Positions 28,536 through 44,461 of a DNA stretch of 64,000 nt are shown here, in pieces; positions within the stretch are counted from its first letter, which is position 1, and each line of letters opens with the position of its first letter. The translations under genes were made by a program, and so were the position numbers. This stretch comes from the human T2T-CHM13v2.0 reference genome, Homo sapiens, in NCBI RefSeq assembly GCF_009914755.1, contig NC_060936.1; one strand, written 5' to 3'. The notes beneath the pieces are model-generated. The model was not told where the DNA came from. It worked only from the letters and a program-made list of their open reading frames with translations, and made no database searches.

Positions 28536-29629
28536 GTTTATATAGAAAGGATGTCAAGTGAAAAATAAGGATGATAAAATGGTTCTTGCCAGGGGTGGTT
28601 GGAATGCAGCCATGCCCGCTTCCCTGTTTGCTAATGTCGATTGCAGATTTGGCTTTAAGTTCCCTTAAGACCAAAGTTCCCCAGGTAAAGTGAGAGTAAA
28701 AGTGTAATATTTCTGGCTCTGGGTCCTGAAGAATTTCTTCCGTGGATCTCTATGATGCCATCCTTCACCTTTAGGAAATTTTCTTTTTCTCAGTTTCCTC
28801 TGTTCTGTCTCTCTAGAATTCCTAATATGTGCATATTAGACTTCCAGAAGTAGTTACCTAAATTTCTTATCAAACTGTCTTATTTTCCTTCTCATCACTT
28901 TGCTCTATTTTCTGAGAGATTTCCTTAAATTTATAATCCAGTTTTTTTTAATAAGAACGAATGAAGAGTAAAGGTGTCTTTATTATTACTGGGTTGAGGT
29001 TGGAGTAGATATCTTTCTGGTTCTTATTTCATGGTTGAAGTAGCATCTCTTAGCTCTAAGAACATTCATGATTGTTATATCAACACACTGTTTCTTCCAA
29101 GTTCAATTCCGTTCAACAAATACTTACTGAGTGAGACTCTGTTCTTGGTGTTTGGTACAGGTCAGTCTATAAAACAGACAAAGATTCTTGCCATTGTGAA
29201 GCTTAAATTTGGTGGGGAAGGGGATAGAGACAGACACAGTCATAAAAATAAAAAAAATAAAAACAAGAAAGAAAACTCTGTGTTATGTTAGAAGGTGGCA
29301 AATCCTGTGGAAAAGAGGTGGGAGTGGGTGCAATTGTGATTTTAAATAGAATGTCGATATAAGCCTCATTGAGAAGATAACATTTTATCCAAAGATTTGA
29401 AGAAGGAAAAGAAGTTAGTCATGTGAGTATCTGGGACAGGAGCATTCCAGGTTGAGGAATAACCAAGGGCAGGGTTCTAAGGTGAGAGTCTGTCTGGTAT
29501 AGTTGAGAAGCAGGAATAGCAAGGTGGCCACTGTGGGAGACTGACAGGAAATGAGACAGGAAAATTAATATGAGGTAAAGAGGGCAGGAGGATGGTGGGG
29601 CCAGGTCACCTCCTAGGGCATTTGAAGGC

Positions 29630-30405
<776 letters not shown>

Positions 30406-31993
30406 CTAGACTATTTTAAGGACTTTGGCTTTTACCTGAGTGAAATGGGGAGCTGTTGAAGATTTTGTGGCTCTTCATACAAGTGGTTGAGTTGTAGAAC
30501 CAATTTATAGAATAGACATATACATAATTAAAAGTAAATATAGGAAACTTACTTCCTTAAGCAGTTTGACAGTTCTGATTTTCAAGGGAGATTTAAAGCA
30601 ATGAGGAAATTATTTATAGCAGGTTATCAAGGTGAAGTTAGGTGTCTTACTTTCTGAGGTAGACTTAAGTACCATCTTGGAGTGCAGAATTCCAGGGACA
30701 GCAGATATTTGGCTCCTGTAGCATGACATTTTAATTTTTAATCATCATTCACTCAGTGAGGCACTGGAGAAAGAACAGTGAGTAGGATAAAGGTGAAGCT
30801 CTGCCTTCATGGAGCTTCCAGCCTGTGATAGAGGAAGTACAGGGTGCTGGAGAGTAATAGATGGGGCGGCTACTCCAGACATGGGCCAAATTGAGGCCAT
30901 GGACTGAGGAATGCTGACAGGACCTGGAAGTCCCTTGTGCTGGGTGGAGCATGGTTCATGGAAAAGAAAGGGAAAAAAGTAAGGAGAGGAGCAGGGCCAA
31001 GCTGGCTCTTGAAGGGCTTTACAAACACATTAAGGGGTTAGGACTTTATTTGGAGTCCCTGCGAGCCATTAGAGGTTTTAAGCAGCATCTAATATGATTG
31101 GGTTTGCATTTTACAAATATCACTGTGGCTGCCATGAGGATGATGGATTGGGCAAGAGAAGGTACAGGGAGACTGATAATGAGACCATTAAGTATTAATA
31201 ATAGTATATCTACTATTATTACTATATTTTTCTCAGTGTTGCTTAATAATTAAGAACTAGGTTAGCTGAGTTTAGGTAGACATTTTCATATTTGAGAATG
31301 TACAATATAAAGTCCAAGGTGAAGAGTGGTGCCATATATCTGTGGAAATGTATGTAATCAAATACCATTTATGTCAATTTCTGAGACCCAGCAACATCGG
31401 AAAGATGTATTTATCAAACTTTTACAATCTGAGGAGCTGCTTCAAACTCTCTGTCTACGAAGATAGAAGAGCTTGCTGAGCAAGAGTTTATTTGCAGCGG
31501 ATGTGTATTTTTTACTTGCCCCATCTTGTCAGTTGTCTTCCCACAATTTTTCCTTTGGCAGGAGCAATGTCAGAGCAATGGGGGAGATAATGGTACAAAC
31601 CACTTCTTTGTCTGTGTTGGCACTGGATCCGCTGACTCAGAATATAGGACTAAGAATAGCCCTCAAACTTGAAATTGTTTTCTTACAGTTACACGGTGAT
31701 ATTGAGTATTTTTCTTGCCTATCCAATTTTTTGTTAAAAGACAAAGGTTCATTGTTTTCTTTTTTATCTTGATAAAAGAAATAAATTGCCCAACAATGGA
31801 AAAATACAGACAAGTAGGAGAAAAAAAAGTCATCCATAGGCCTTCCATTTGGAGACATTAATAAAAAATTTGGTAGAATTTCTCTCTTTTTTTGTGATTT
31901 GTTTTGTTTCATTGTACATAGCTATGTTCTTTTTTTATATACTTGTTTTGGATCAGAGTAACTATATTGCTATACAGTTTTGACCATTCTCTA

Positions 31994-32270
31994 TGTGTGT
32001 GTGTATCTATCTATCTGTCTATATATATATATAGATATATATATGGTTTTTAAAATGTGGCTTTAAAGTATCTCTGATGTTCACAAAATAGTATGTCAAC
32101 TGTGTATATATTATATATATAAGTATATAATATATATTCACCTATTGCTACTTAAAATTTCTATATTTTATCATTACATGTAATATTTTTATACATATAT
32201 TTATATATAATATATCTATATGTTTACCTATTACTGGCTACTTAAAGTTTTCATATTTTGCCATTATATG
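31994..32270. repeat. (TG)n/(TCTA)n/(TA)n microsatellite and AT-rich degenerate duplication
   Basis: Simple repeats, then two related ACCTATT..CTACTTAAA..CATTA.ATGTAAT copies. Confidence 0.8.
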
Positions 32271-32609
32271 TAATAATGGGTTAACACATTTACACATGAA
32301 GCCTGTACCATCATTTCAGTCTTTTATTAGGAAAGGTTTAATACTGCATGCAGTCTTTAAAATTTGCTGCTGGGTTTCTACAAGCCAGTTGTGGACCTAT
32401 GAAACCTGAACTTAGCAGCATGTTTAGCAGTGTGTTTAGAGTTCTTGGAGGATGAATAAAAATGGAACCCATAAAATGGACACATAATAATAGTCTGGCC
32501 AGGTAGAAGTGCTTGAGAGCACTTTGAACACTTGTCTCCTTTCCTTGTCTGTAAACTGTCTGAACCTATTTTATAGCATTTAGTCTTCACACCATATTTT
32601 TCCTGCCAG

Positions 32610-33101
32610 GGGTCCGAGGAGCAAACAGTTGTCTATGTGGTGGGGAAGGCGGGCCGCCAGCACTGGCAGCATGTCTACACCGCCGTGACCAGGGGCCGCT
32701 GCCGAGTGTATGTGATTGCAGAGGAGTCTCAGCTCCGGAATGCCATTATGAAAAACAGTTTTCCTAGAAAAACTCGTTTGAAACATTTCTTGCAAAGTAA
32801 GCTCTCCTCTAGCGGCGCACCTCCAGCAGATTTTCTGTCCCCACGGAAGAGCTCTGGAGACAGTGGAGGACCCAGCATACCGTCAGCATCTCCACTCCCT
32901 GTAGTCACAGACCACGCCATGACAAATGATGTCACCTGGAGCGAGGCCTCTTCGCCTGATGAGAGGACACTCACCTTTGCTGAAAGATGGCAATTATCTT
33001 CACCTGATGGAGTAGATACAGATGATGATTTACCAAAATCGCGAGCATCCAAAAGAACCTGTGGTGTGAATGATGATGAAAGTCCAAGCAAAATTTTTAT
33101 G
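32610..33101 (+). CDS. HELB: HELB exon 12 (motifs V/VI and start of the CDK-regulated localisation domain)
   Basis: Acceptor cctgccag|, donor ATG|GTAGGA. Encodes GSEEQ...YTAVTRGR...SPRK...KIFM. Confidence 0.97.
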
Positions 33102-33786
33102 GTAGGAGTGATGTTTCCATGTTCCCAAGTTTTATTTAAATATCGCTAACTTCGGTGTGCTTATAAATGACTGTGTGCTTTTATTAGTGTTGCATTGTGC
33201 TGTTGGACTTAAAAACAATTGTTTTTCTCATTTCTGTCAAATTTCCCTTACCTCACTGTCTGATTTCCCCTTCATTTCCTCACTCCTTTTCTCCTTCCCA
33301 GCCTCTAACTGAAGACAACTCCCCAAAGCTCAGTTCTTTTTTCCTTTGAGAACTGACTCATTCTCACAGTTTCAGCCATCTCCTTGGCACCAGTGATTTG
33401 GCTAACAAAGTTTTGACTATAGTAACATTTCAGGCACCAGGAATTAGAGATAAGTGAGTGACAGTTCTCACTCTCACACTGATTGTCATGGTGGAGACAG
33501 TCGGCTATCAGTAATGTGGTGATTTGCTGAGTGCTCTGGCACTGAAGAGGAGTTAATGAACCAGCTGCCTAATCTGCATCTTTGTTCACAGAAATTGATT
33601 TTCTGGAACCACAGCCCAGAATCTTACTCTCTTTTCCAATTTCTCCATTTCAATCACCATCTTCCTAGTTACATGGCTTAAAGTCTTAGAATCACCATGG
33701 ACTCGCCTTCCTTTCACTCTCTACCATCTTCTTGGATGATTGGTGACCTGGCTGCCCTCCCCTTTCTTGTTCCCATTCTCGTAATG

Positions 33787-34215
33787 TAGCATTCCCCCTT
33801 TTCCATGGTTTTGCTTTCCAAGGTTTCAGTTACCCATGGTCAACCGTGGTCCAAAAATATTAAATGGAAAATTCCAGAAATAAACAATTCGTCAATTTTA
33901 AATTGCATGCCATTCTGGGCAGTGTGATAAAATCTCACACCATCTCATTCCATGAATCCTCCCTTTGTCCAGTGTGTCCACACTGTGGACACTCCCCACC
34001 TGTTAGTCACTTGCCACCATCTTAGTTATCAGAGTAAGTCTCAGTGTTGCAGTGCTTGTGTCAAGTGATCCTTATTTTACTGAATTGCTTTATTTTTTAT
34101 GTTATTGTTGCTAATTTTTTACTGTGCCTATTTATACATTAACCTTTTTTATAGGTATGTATGTATAGGAAAAACCAATACATTTGGGTCTGGTAGTATT
34201 CAAGGCTTCAGGTGT
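33787..34215 (+). mobile_element. MER44 (Tigger7 family)
   Basis: GGTTTCAGTTACCCATGGTCAACCGTGGTCCAAAAATATTAAATGGAAAATTCCAG. Confidence 0.8.
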
Positions 34216-34839
34216 CCGTTAAGATTCACTTCTTTGTTCAAAAGCTTCAGAGACTCCCAGGTGCCTACAACATAAATTCTAGACTATTTAGCTTGGCATT
34301 TGAGACCTTTCTCAATTTGATTCCAGTTTTCTCAACATCATTTCATTTCCCACTATGCTTTTTCTGCTTTTGTCAAGCTAGTGTCTTCAACTCACTAAAA
34401 TGAATCAAACTTTTTCATCCTCCTTTTGACTCTTGCTGTGTCCCTCATCTTGAATGCCTTTTTCTGTCTCCTTCTCATTCAGCATTTGAAAAAAACATTT
34501 AGCAAAACATTGAAAAAATAAAAATAAAAACCTGCCAGTCACTGATCTAAATGTTAAGGGAGGAAAGCGCACCAGTGCCGGCTTTGTGGACATTATATTC
34601 CAGCATAGGCAATAAATACAAGAGAAAATCAAATTTCAGATTAAGAGTCTATGAGGATGAAAAACAAGGCAAGGACATAGGGAATGGCAGGGGGTGTGGT
34701 GGGCAGGAGGTGCTATTTTGACCAGGTCATGCCTCCCTAAAAAGGTGACATGTGAGCTGAGCACTGAATGTTACCAAGGAGCAGCATGGGGGCCTCTGAG
34801 GATGTAGATAATGCAAAGCCTGGAAAGGGAATGATTTTA

Positions 34840-36270
<1,431 letters not shown>

Positions 36271-39011
36271 AATCCCTCTGGCTTCTGTGGAGAGGGAACT
36301 GTGGAAAGTGAAGGGGAAGTGAGGAGACCAGTAGGAGGTCATCATGGGGAGAGCCTAGTGAAAGAGTGGGGCTGGTAATCTGTGGTTGGAGTGTGGATGC
36401 ATTTTGGAGATGGAGTCTGTATAACTTTCTGATTAGATGTGATGAGGTAAAAGAGAAAGTAATCCAGGATGATTCCTGGATTTCTGGCTAAAGCAATTTG
36501 GGGAATAGCAGTACCATTTCCTGAGATGGGAAAGATGTGAGGAGAACTCGTTTGGGGAAATAAAGCGTTCTCTTGTGGCGTGCTGTTGTTTAAGTTACTA
36601 ATTGGAAATGTACCTGGACTTGTTGAGTAAGTCCGTGGTTGGTAGAGGAGTTTAGAGCCTCAGCAGGGAGTAGGGTAGGAAAGGCCCACTTGGGAATCAT
36701 TGGCATGTAGTGATATTGCAAGGACTAGGTGAGTTAATTTCAGGAGAGACTGCAGATAGAGGAGGGGGCCTGATGACAGAATTCTGGGGTATTCCCAGCT
36801 TTTAGAGATCTGGCAGAGGAGGAGGAACTAAAAAGGAGTGTGAGTGAGATAGAAGGAAAACCAGGGCTGTGGGGAGGGAATAAAAGCCTGGACTGAGGGG
36901 GCTGGTGAGAGAATGGGAGCCGAAAGGGCGGAGGAAGCAGTGGAGGCAGGTTTTGAAGAGGGCTGCTGAAAAAAGAAGGAAAGGTGGTTGTATCTGAATA
37001 GAGGACTTGTGGTCAAGGAAAACTTTATTGGTTTGTTTACTTTGGATGGGTACATTAAGGCATCTTAGTGTGTTGCTAGAATGGTCCAATGGAGAACCAG
37101 AAATTCATGATTCAGGGAGAGAGGATAATTGCAGAATTGGAGTCCTGACGTGGGTAAGATGGGAAAAATCAAGAGAATAACTAGAGGGGTTGCCCTGAGA
37201 CAGGATTAGGGACAGAGGACCCTTTTTCCATGACAACCAGAAGGAATGGGTGTAGTACGTTGGGTATATATAGCAGAGGGAAGATAAAGCAGTTCCAAGC
37301 TGATCACCTCATGCCATCCTCTCTCTCTTCTTATTATAATCCAGCTCAGTTTCTGTGTTGTTCCTGAAGGCTTCTTTTTCTCTGAACTCCTGTAGGAGGG
37401 CACACACCCCTTCTGTACTGCACCTGTAGTAACCTTGTTTGACTCTGTAAATAAAGCTTCTTGAGGACAGTGTATCATTTTTGATCTGCTAGAACATTTG
37501 GTACAATTGCTGTTCACATGGTAATACCTCAAAAATACTTAGTGATCAAAATATGAGTCATGAATATATGGCGATGAAACTTTTTTTTAAAAAATCAGAC
37601 ATTCAGAATATTGTTCTTTCAGGTTGTACTGAAAGTCATACTTTTATTCTTCTAGTGCCCCTCCTTTAGTTTGACAGTTCCTTTTGGAATTGCTTTTGAG
37701 GCAGTAAAAGATCCTTTTGAATGTTTATAAGGGAAGCAAACTTCTGTTGAGACCTATTCTGAGTTTAGGAAATAACCCAAAGGCATTTGCTTTCTGGTTT
37801 TATGAGTTAGAGGATCCAATTTGGGTAATGGATTTTGTGTTAAAAAGAAAAAAAAAGGTGGGATTATAAGTAATTTCCAAATGTGGTTCTAATAGAAGTG
37901 TAAGAATTGCTTTAAGTGCTGGCAGCAGACTTGTTCAGTTGAGTCTTTAAGCTTCCAAGGCTGTAATAAAGGTAAGAAGGGGCCACAGGGGGAACCCAGG
38001 GGAGAAAGTGCTGGTGTAACCTGCCAGAACCAGGCTGAGTTGTAAATGGGGAATACTTATATCCTCTGTCCCCATATGGATATGGCACAGGGAAAACGTT
38101 CTCTAGGAGTCGGTCTGACACAGGGCACGGTGTGTGGAGTCCTGGCACATTAGGAGACTACAGATGTAGAACAGCATGGCTGGAGCACAGGGCACAGTGA
38201 GAGGATGGGCTGCAGACACAGGAACTGGCAGGGAGGATGGACACAGGGTCTTCTGAAGAGGTCGTAGATTCTTCTGATTGCAACTGAGAACAGTAGAAGC
38301 ATTTTAAGTACTCTGTGAATTGAAATTTATGATGGTGATATTGACTGAGGTTTAGTGGATGATGATGGTTAGGGAGAGAGTAGGGAATGAGTTCTCAGCC
38401 AAAAGATTATTTCAGTAACCTGCGTAAAATGAGGAGGTTCTAACATTAGGTAGTAGCAATGGGGTTGGAGAAGAGATGCTAAGGATAGAGCTGATGGGAC
38501 TTAATGATCAGTTGGATTCAGGTGGGGTTGGGCCTGAGGATAACTCCAAGACTTCTGGCTAAGGCATACAGGTGGATCCAGCACCATTAATCAGATTGGG
38601 AAAAGAGTCTGAGGGTCAGGTTTTGTGGGAAAAGTGAGTAAAATGGACATAGTTGAGGGTGGAGGGGGAAGTTTCTTCTTTTTCCCCTCTTGGACAGTAG
38701 AATCCCTGCTGATTCTAGGTTCCATTTTGTACCCCAGGTCAACTCTTTGATAGAATTTCCATCTCAGGAAAATATCTTTTTCTGAAATTAAACTTGTCAT
38801 CTCTTACAGAGGTCCTGGAATAAGGCTTTTGACATGAGCAGAAAAGAGAGGCAATTCCAAAGAAAGACCCTTTTCCTAAAATTGAATTGTGCTTACTCTT
38901 TTCATTTCTTTATGGTGGTGAAACTTCATCATGACGATACTGGCCCACTTCAGAATCATTAGTAGCACAAAGAATATGACTGTGGCATTGCAATGTTTTA
39001 TCTTACACATC

Positions 39012-39179
39012 CAGAACTGACTTCATGGGCAGGCAACATGGGCAGTCCTCCAGGACTCAGGCCCACACTTAAAAAAAAAAAAAAAAGTTCTGTAATCACC
39101 ATCTTGAAATTCTTAATTTTGAACAAGGGGCCATCATTTTAATTTTGGACTGGGCTGCCAAATTATGTAGTGGGCCCTG
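39012..39179 (+). mobile_element. MER91A-like hAT MITE
   Basis: CTTCATGGGC...CCATCTTGAAATTCTTAA...AAATTATGTAGTGGGCCCTG. Confidence 0.65.
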
Positions 39180-39451
39180 TCTACACCTTTAGAAGTTAGA
39201 CACACATACTAATTCAGTACATAGTTACTTCTAAATGCCAGACCCAGAGCTGGGTGCTAGAGATACCACAGTGAGCAAAGCAGATGTGATCCTACAAGGA
39301 GCTGATAGCCAATTGCTTTGGTTGCTGAAGCCTTTCAAGGGTTGGGGAAGGTGCATGATTTCTTTTTCTGAAGCAGAGGGAATACAAGTACGTAGGGTAG
39401 ACTAACTACATTTTTACAAAATTAACTTTGTTATTTTAATTGTTCTAACAG

Positions 39452-39553
39452 GTGGGAGAATCTCCACAAGTGTCTTCCAGACTTCAGAATTTGAGACTGA
39501 ATAATTTAATTCCCAGGCAACTTTTCAAGCCCACAGATAATCAAGAAACTTAG
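39452..39553 (+). CDS. HELB: HELB exon 13, terminal coding part ([33 protein letters not shown])
   Basis: Acceptor ttctaacag|. In-frame TAG at 39551-39553 completes 1087 aa. Confidence 0.95.
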
Positions 39554-39629
39554 TTTTATTTCAAATTGTTCCGAGTAACTATGTTTTTCTATTGGAGACA
39601 AAATGAACATCGTAACGTCAAAGTACCAA

Positions 39630-39635
39630 GATAAA
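39630..39635 (+). terminator. HELB: Candidate HELB poly(A) signal (variant GATAAA)
   Basis: No AATAAA/ATTAAA seen between the stop and the Alu at 39811. GATAAA is followed ~30 nt later by GU-rich GGTATTTGTGTT. Confidence 0.5.
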
Positions 39636-39701
39636 AAAAGTTTCCTATAACTGGAGTTTTAAGGTATTTGTGTTAGCAAATGTTTTAAATCCATTTCATC
39701 A

Positions 39702-40318
<617 letters not shown>

Positions 40319-40504
40319 TCATCACTGCTGTCTGGGGCCCAGCCTACCTGGGACTTTTCCTTGGAAGTGCTTTCTGAGTTGGGAGCACATTGTTTTGAAT
40401 ATGTTCCACTTAGGAAGGTTTTTTCTCTCTCAGAATGATTTGATTTTTAAATTTTTATTTATGTTAAATGGTAAAAGAAAAAGTCAAGATGAAAAATATA
40501 TCTG

Positions 40505-40641
40505 TTAACCCATTTATGCCTAGTGGTCCATTATTGGGACACTAAACATGTGAGAGTTATTTATATCCCACTGCTCAAAGTCCTCACCAACGTCTGATTG
40601 CAAAAATTCAGAAAGTTGCAACCTCAGGCATAAATGGTTAA
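40505..40641 (+). mobile_element. MER85 piggyBac (PGBD3-derived) MITE
   Basis: TTAA|CCCATTTATGCCT ... AGGCATAAATGG|TTAA; ~137 bp; internal palindrome-like GGTCCATTATTGGGAC. Confidence 0.9.
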
Positions 40642-40751
40642 TAGCTTTATTGAGATATAATTCACATACATTTCACCCATTTTAAGTATATAATTCAGTG
40701 GCTTTTAGTATATTCATCAAATTGGACAACTACCATTATTATCAATTTTAG

Positions 40752-40955
<204 letters not shown>

Positions 40956-41937
40956 TAATCCCAGCACTTTGGGAGGCTGAGGTGAGCAGATCACCTGAGG
41001 TCGGGAGTTCGAGACCAGCCTGACCAACATGGAGAAACCCCGTCTCTACTAAAAATACAAAATTAGCTGGGAATGGTGGCGCATGCCTGTAATCCCAGCT
41101 ACTTGGGAGGCTGAGGCATGAGAATCGCTTGAACCCAGGAGGTGGAGGTTGCGGTGAGCTGAGTCACGCCATTGCACTCCAGCCCGGACAATAAGAGCAA
41201 AACTCCGTCTCAAAAAAAAGAGAAACCTCACACTCCTTAGCAGTAATCCCCTGACTTCCCCCATCCCTAGGTAACCTGATTTACCTAGTCCCAATAGACT
41301 TGCCTATTGCAGACATGTGGTTCTTTGTTCCGGACTTATTTGACTAGCATAATGTTTTCAGACTCCATCCGTGTTGTACCAGTGATGTGTCAGTGCTTCG
41401 TCTCTTTTATTGCCAAATAATATCCCAGTATATGGATAAAGGATATTGAATTTGTCCATTCATCAGTTGATGGACATTTATTTGGGTTATTTCCTAATTT
41501 TTGGCTATTATGAAATGCTGCTATGAACATCTGTGTATAAGTTTTTATGTGGACATATGCTTTCACTTCTTTTGAGTATATAACTAGGAGTAGAATTGAT
41601 GGGTCATATGGTAACTCTATGTTTAACATTTTGAGGCACTGCCAGACTTTTTCCAAACCAGCTGCACCAATTTATATTCTCACCAGCAGTGTATGAGAGT
41701 TCCAGTTTCTCCCTATTCTCTCCAACGTTTATTATTATCTGACTTCTTGATTATAGCCATCCTAGTGGGTATGAAGTAGTATTTCATTGTGGTTTTGATT
41801 TGCATTTTTCTTATGGCTAGTCATGTTAAATAGCTTTCGTGTGACTATTGGCCATTTGTATGTCCCCTAGAGAAATGTATATTCAGATCTTTTGCACAGT
41901 TTTAAATTGGATATTTTTTCTTTCTGTCACTGAAATC

Positions 41938-42977
41938 TGTATTAGTGAGGGTTCTCCAGAGGGATGGAACCAATAGGATATATGTGGATATAAAAGGGAC
42001 TTTATTAGTGTATTAGTTAGGGTACCCTAGAGGGATACAACTAATAGGATATATATATGTGTGGGGGGGGGCGGGGAGTTTATTAAGTATTAACTTACAT
42101 GATCACAAGGTCCCACAACAGGTTGTCTGCAAGCCTGAGGAGCAAGGATAGCCAGTTGGAGTCTCAGAACTGAAGAACTTGGAGTCTGATGTTTAAGGGC
42201 AGAAAGCATCCAGCACAGGAGAAGGATGTAGGCTGGGAGCCTAGGCCAGTCTCGCCTTTTCATGTTTTTCTGCCTGCTTTATATTTGCTGGCAGCTGGTT
42301 AGATTGTGCCCACCAGATTAAGGGTGGTTCTGCCCTCCCCAGCCCACTGACTCAAATGTTAATCTCCTTTGGCAACACCCTCACAGACACACCCAGGATC
42401 AACACTTTGCATCCTTCAATCCAATCAAGTTGACACTCAGTATTAACCATCACAATAAGAGAGAATTGGCTCACACGATTATAAAGCAAAGTCCCACGAT
42501 AGGCCATCTGCAAGCTGGGGAAGGAGAGAAGCTGATAGCATGGCTCAGTCCAAGTCTGAAAGCCTCAAAACCAGGGACGCTGACAGTGCAGCCCTCAGTC
42601 TGAGGCCAAAGGCCCAGGAGCCTCTGGGAAGCAATTGGTGCAAGTCCCAGAGTCCAAAGGTGGAAAAACCTGGAGTCTGGTGTCCAAGGGCAGAAGGAGA
42701 GGAAGTCAAGCATTCTGCACAGCACAGGAAGAAAGAGAGGGAGCAGACTCAGCAAGCACGCTGCTTATCTCCATTCGTCCACCTGCTGTGTTCTAGCCTC
42801 ACTGGCAGCCAACTCGATGGTGCCCACCCACACTGAGGGTGGGTCTTCCTCTCCCACTCCACTGACTCCAATGTCAGTCTCTGTCAGCAACACCCTCACA
42901 GACACACAGGGGAACAATGCTTCATCAGCCATCCAGGTATCTCTCAATCTAGTTGACACCTAATATTAACCATCACA
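41938..42977 (-). mobile_element. MLT2B-like ERVL LTR containing a nested MLT2A-like LTR (42009-42454)
   Basis: Two TGTATTAGT...TTAACCATCACA units with 5-bp TSDs AAATC/AAATG (outer) and ATTAG/ATAAG (inner). Confidence 0.85.
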
Positions 42978-43087
42978 AAATGTAAGAATTCTTTACATTT
43001 TCAACATTTAAGTCCATTATCAGAAACATAATTTGCAAAATTTTCCTCCCATTCTGTGAATTTTATTTTAATTAACCTGATAGTATC

Positions 43088-43425
43088 TGATACGGTTTGG
43101 CTCTCTGTCCCCACCCAAATCTCATCTCACATTGTAATACCTATGTGTTGAGGAAGGATCCTGGTGGGAGGTGATTGGATCATGGGGGTGGTTTCCCCCA
43201 CGCTGTTCTGGTGATGGTGAGTTCTCATGATAGCTGGTGGTTTTAAAGTATGGCACTCCTGCCCCAACCCCCTTCTGCCACCTTGTAAAGAAGGTGCTTG
43301 CTTCTCCTTTACCTTCTGCCATGATTGTGGTTTTCTGAGGCCTCCCCAGCCATGTGGAACTGTGAGCCAATTAAACCTCTTTTCTTTATAAATTACTCAG
43401 TCTCAGGTGTGAAAATGGACTACTA
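43088..43425 (+). mobile_element. THE1-family MaLR solo LTR
   Basis: TGATACGGTTTGGCTCTCTGTCCCCACCCAAATCTCATC...CAATTAAACCTCTTTTCTTTATAAATTAC. Confidence 0.85.
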
Positions 43426-43809
43426 AGTGTCCTTTGAGGCCCAAGTTTTAAATTCTGATGATGACCAGTGTATCTGTTTTTGTTGTTGCTGCTGCTTGTG
43501 CTTTTGGTGTTATATCCAAGAAACTATTGCCTATCCAAAGTCATGATGATTTACTACAATTTTTTCTTCTAATAATTTACAAGTTTTGGCTCTTATACTT
43601 AGATCTTTGATTCACTTTTAGTTAATTTTTGTATATGGTGTGAGGTAGGGATCCCACATTATTCCTTTGCATGTGACAATTCAATTGTTCAGCTCCATTT
43701 ATTGAAGAGATTATTCTTTCCCCATTGAATTATCTTGGTACCCTTGTCAAAAATTAGTTGACTGTAAATGTGAGGGTGTATTTATGGATTTTAAATTCTA
43801 TTCAATTGA

Positions 43810-44034
<225 letters not shown>

Positions 44035-44112
44035 TAGCCAGAATGGTCTCGATCTCCTGACCTTGTGATCTGCCCACCTTGGCCTCCCAAAGTGCTGGGA
44101 TTACAGGCATGA

Positions 44113-44461
<349 letters not shown>

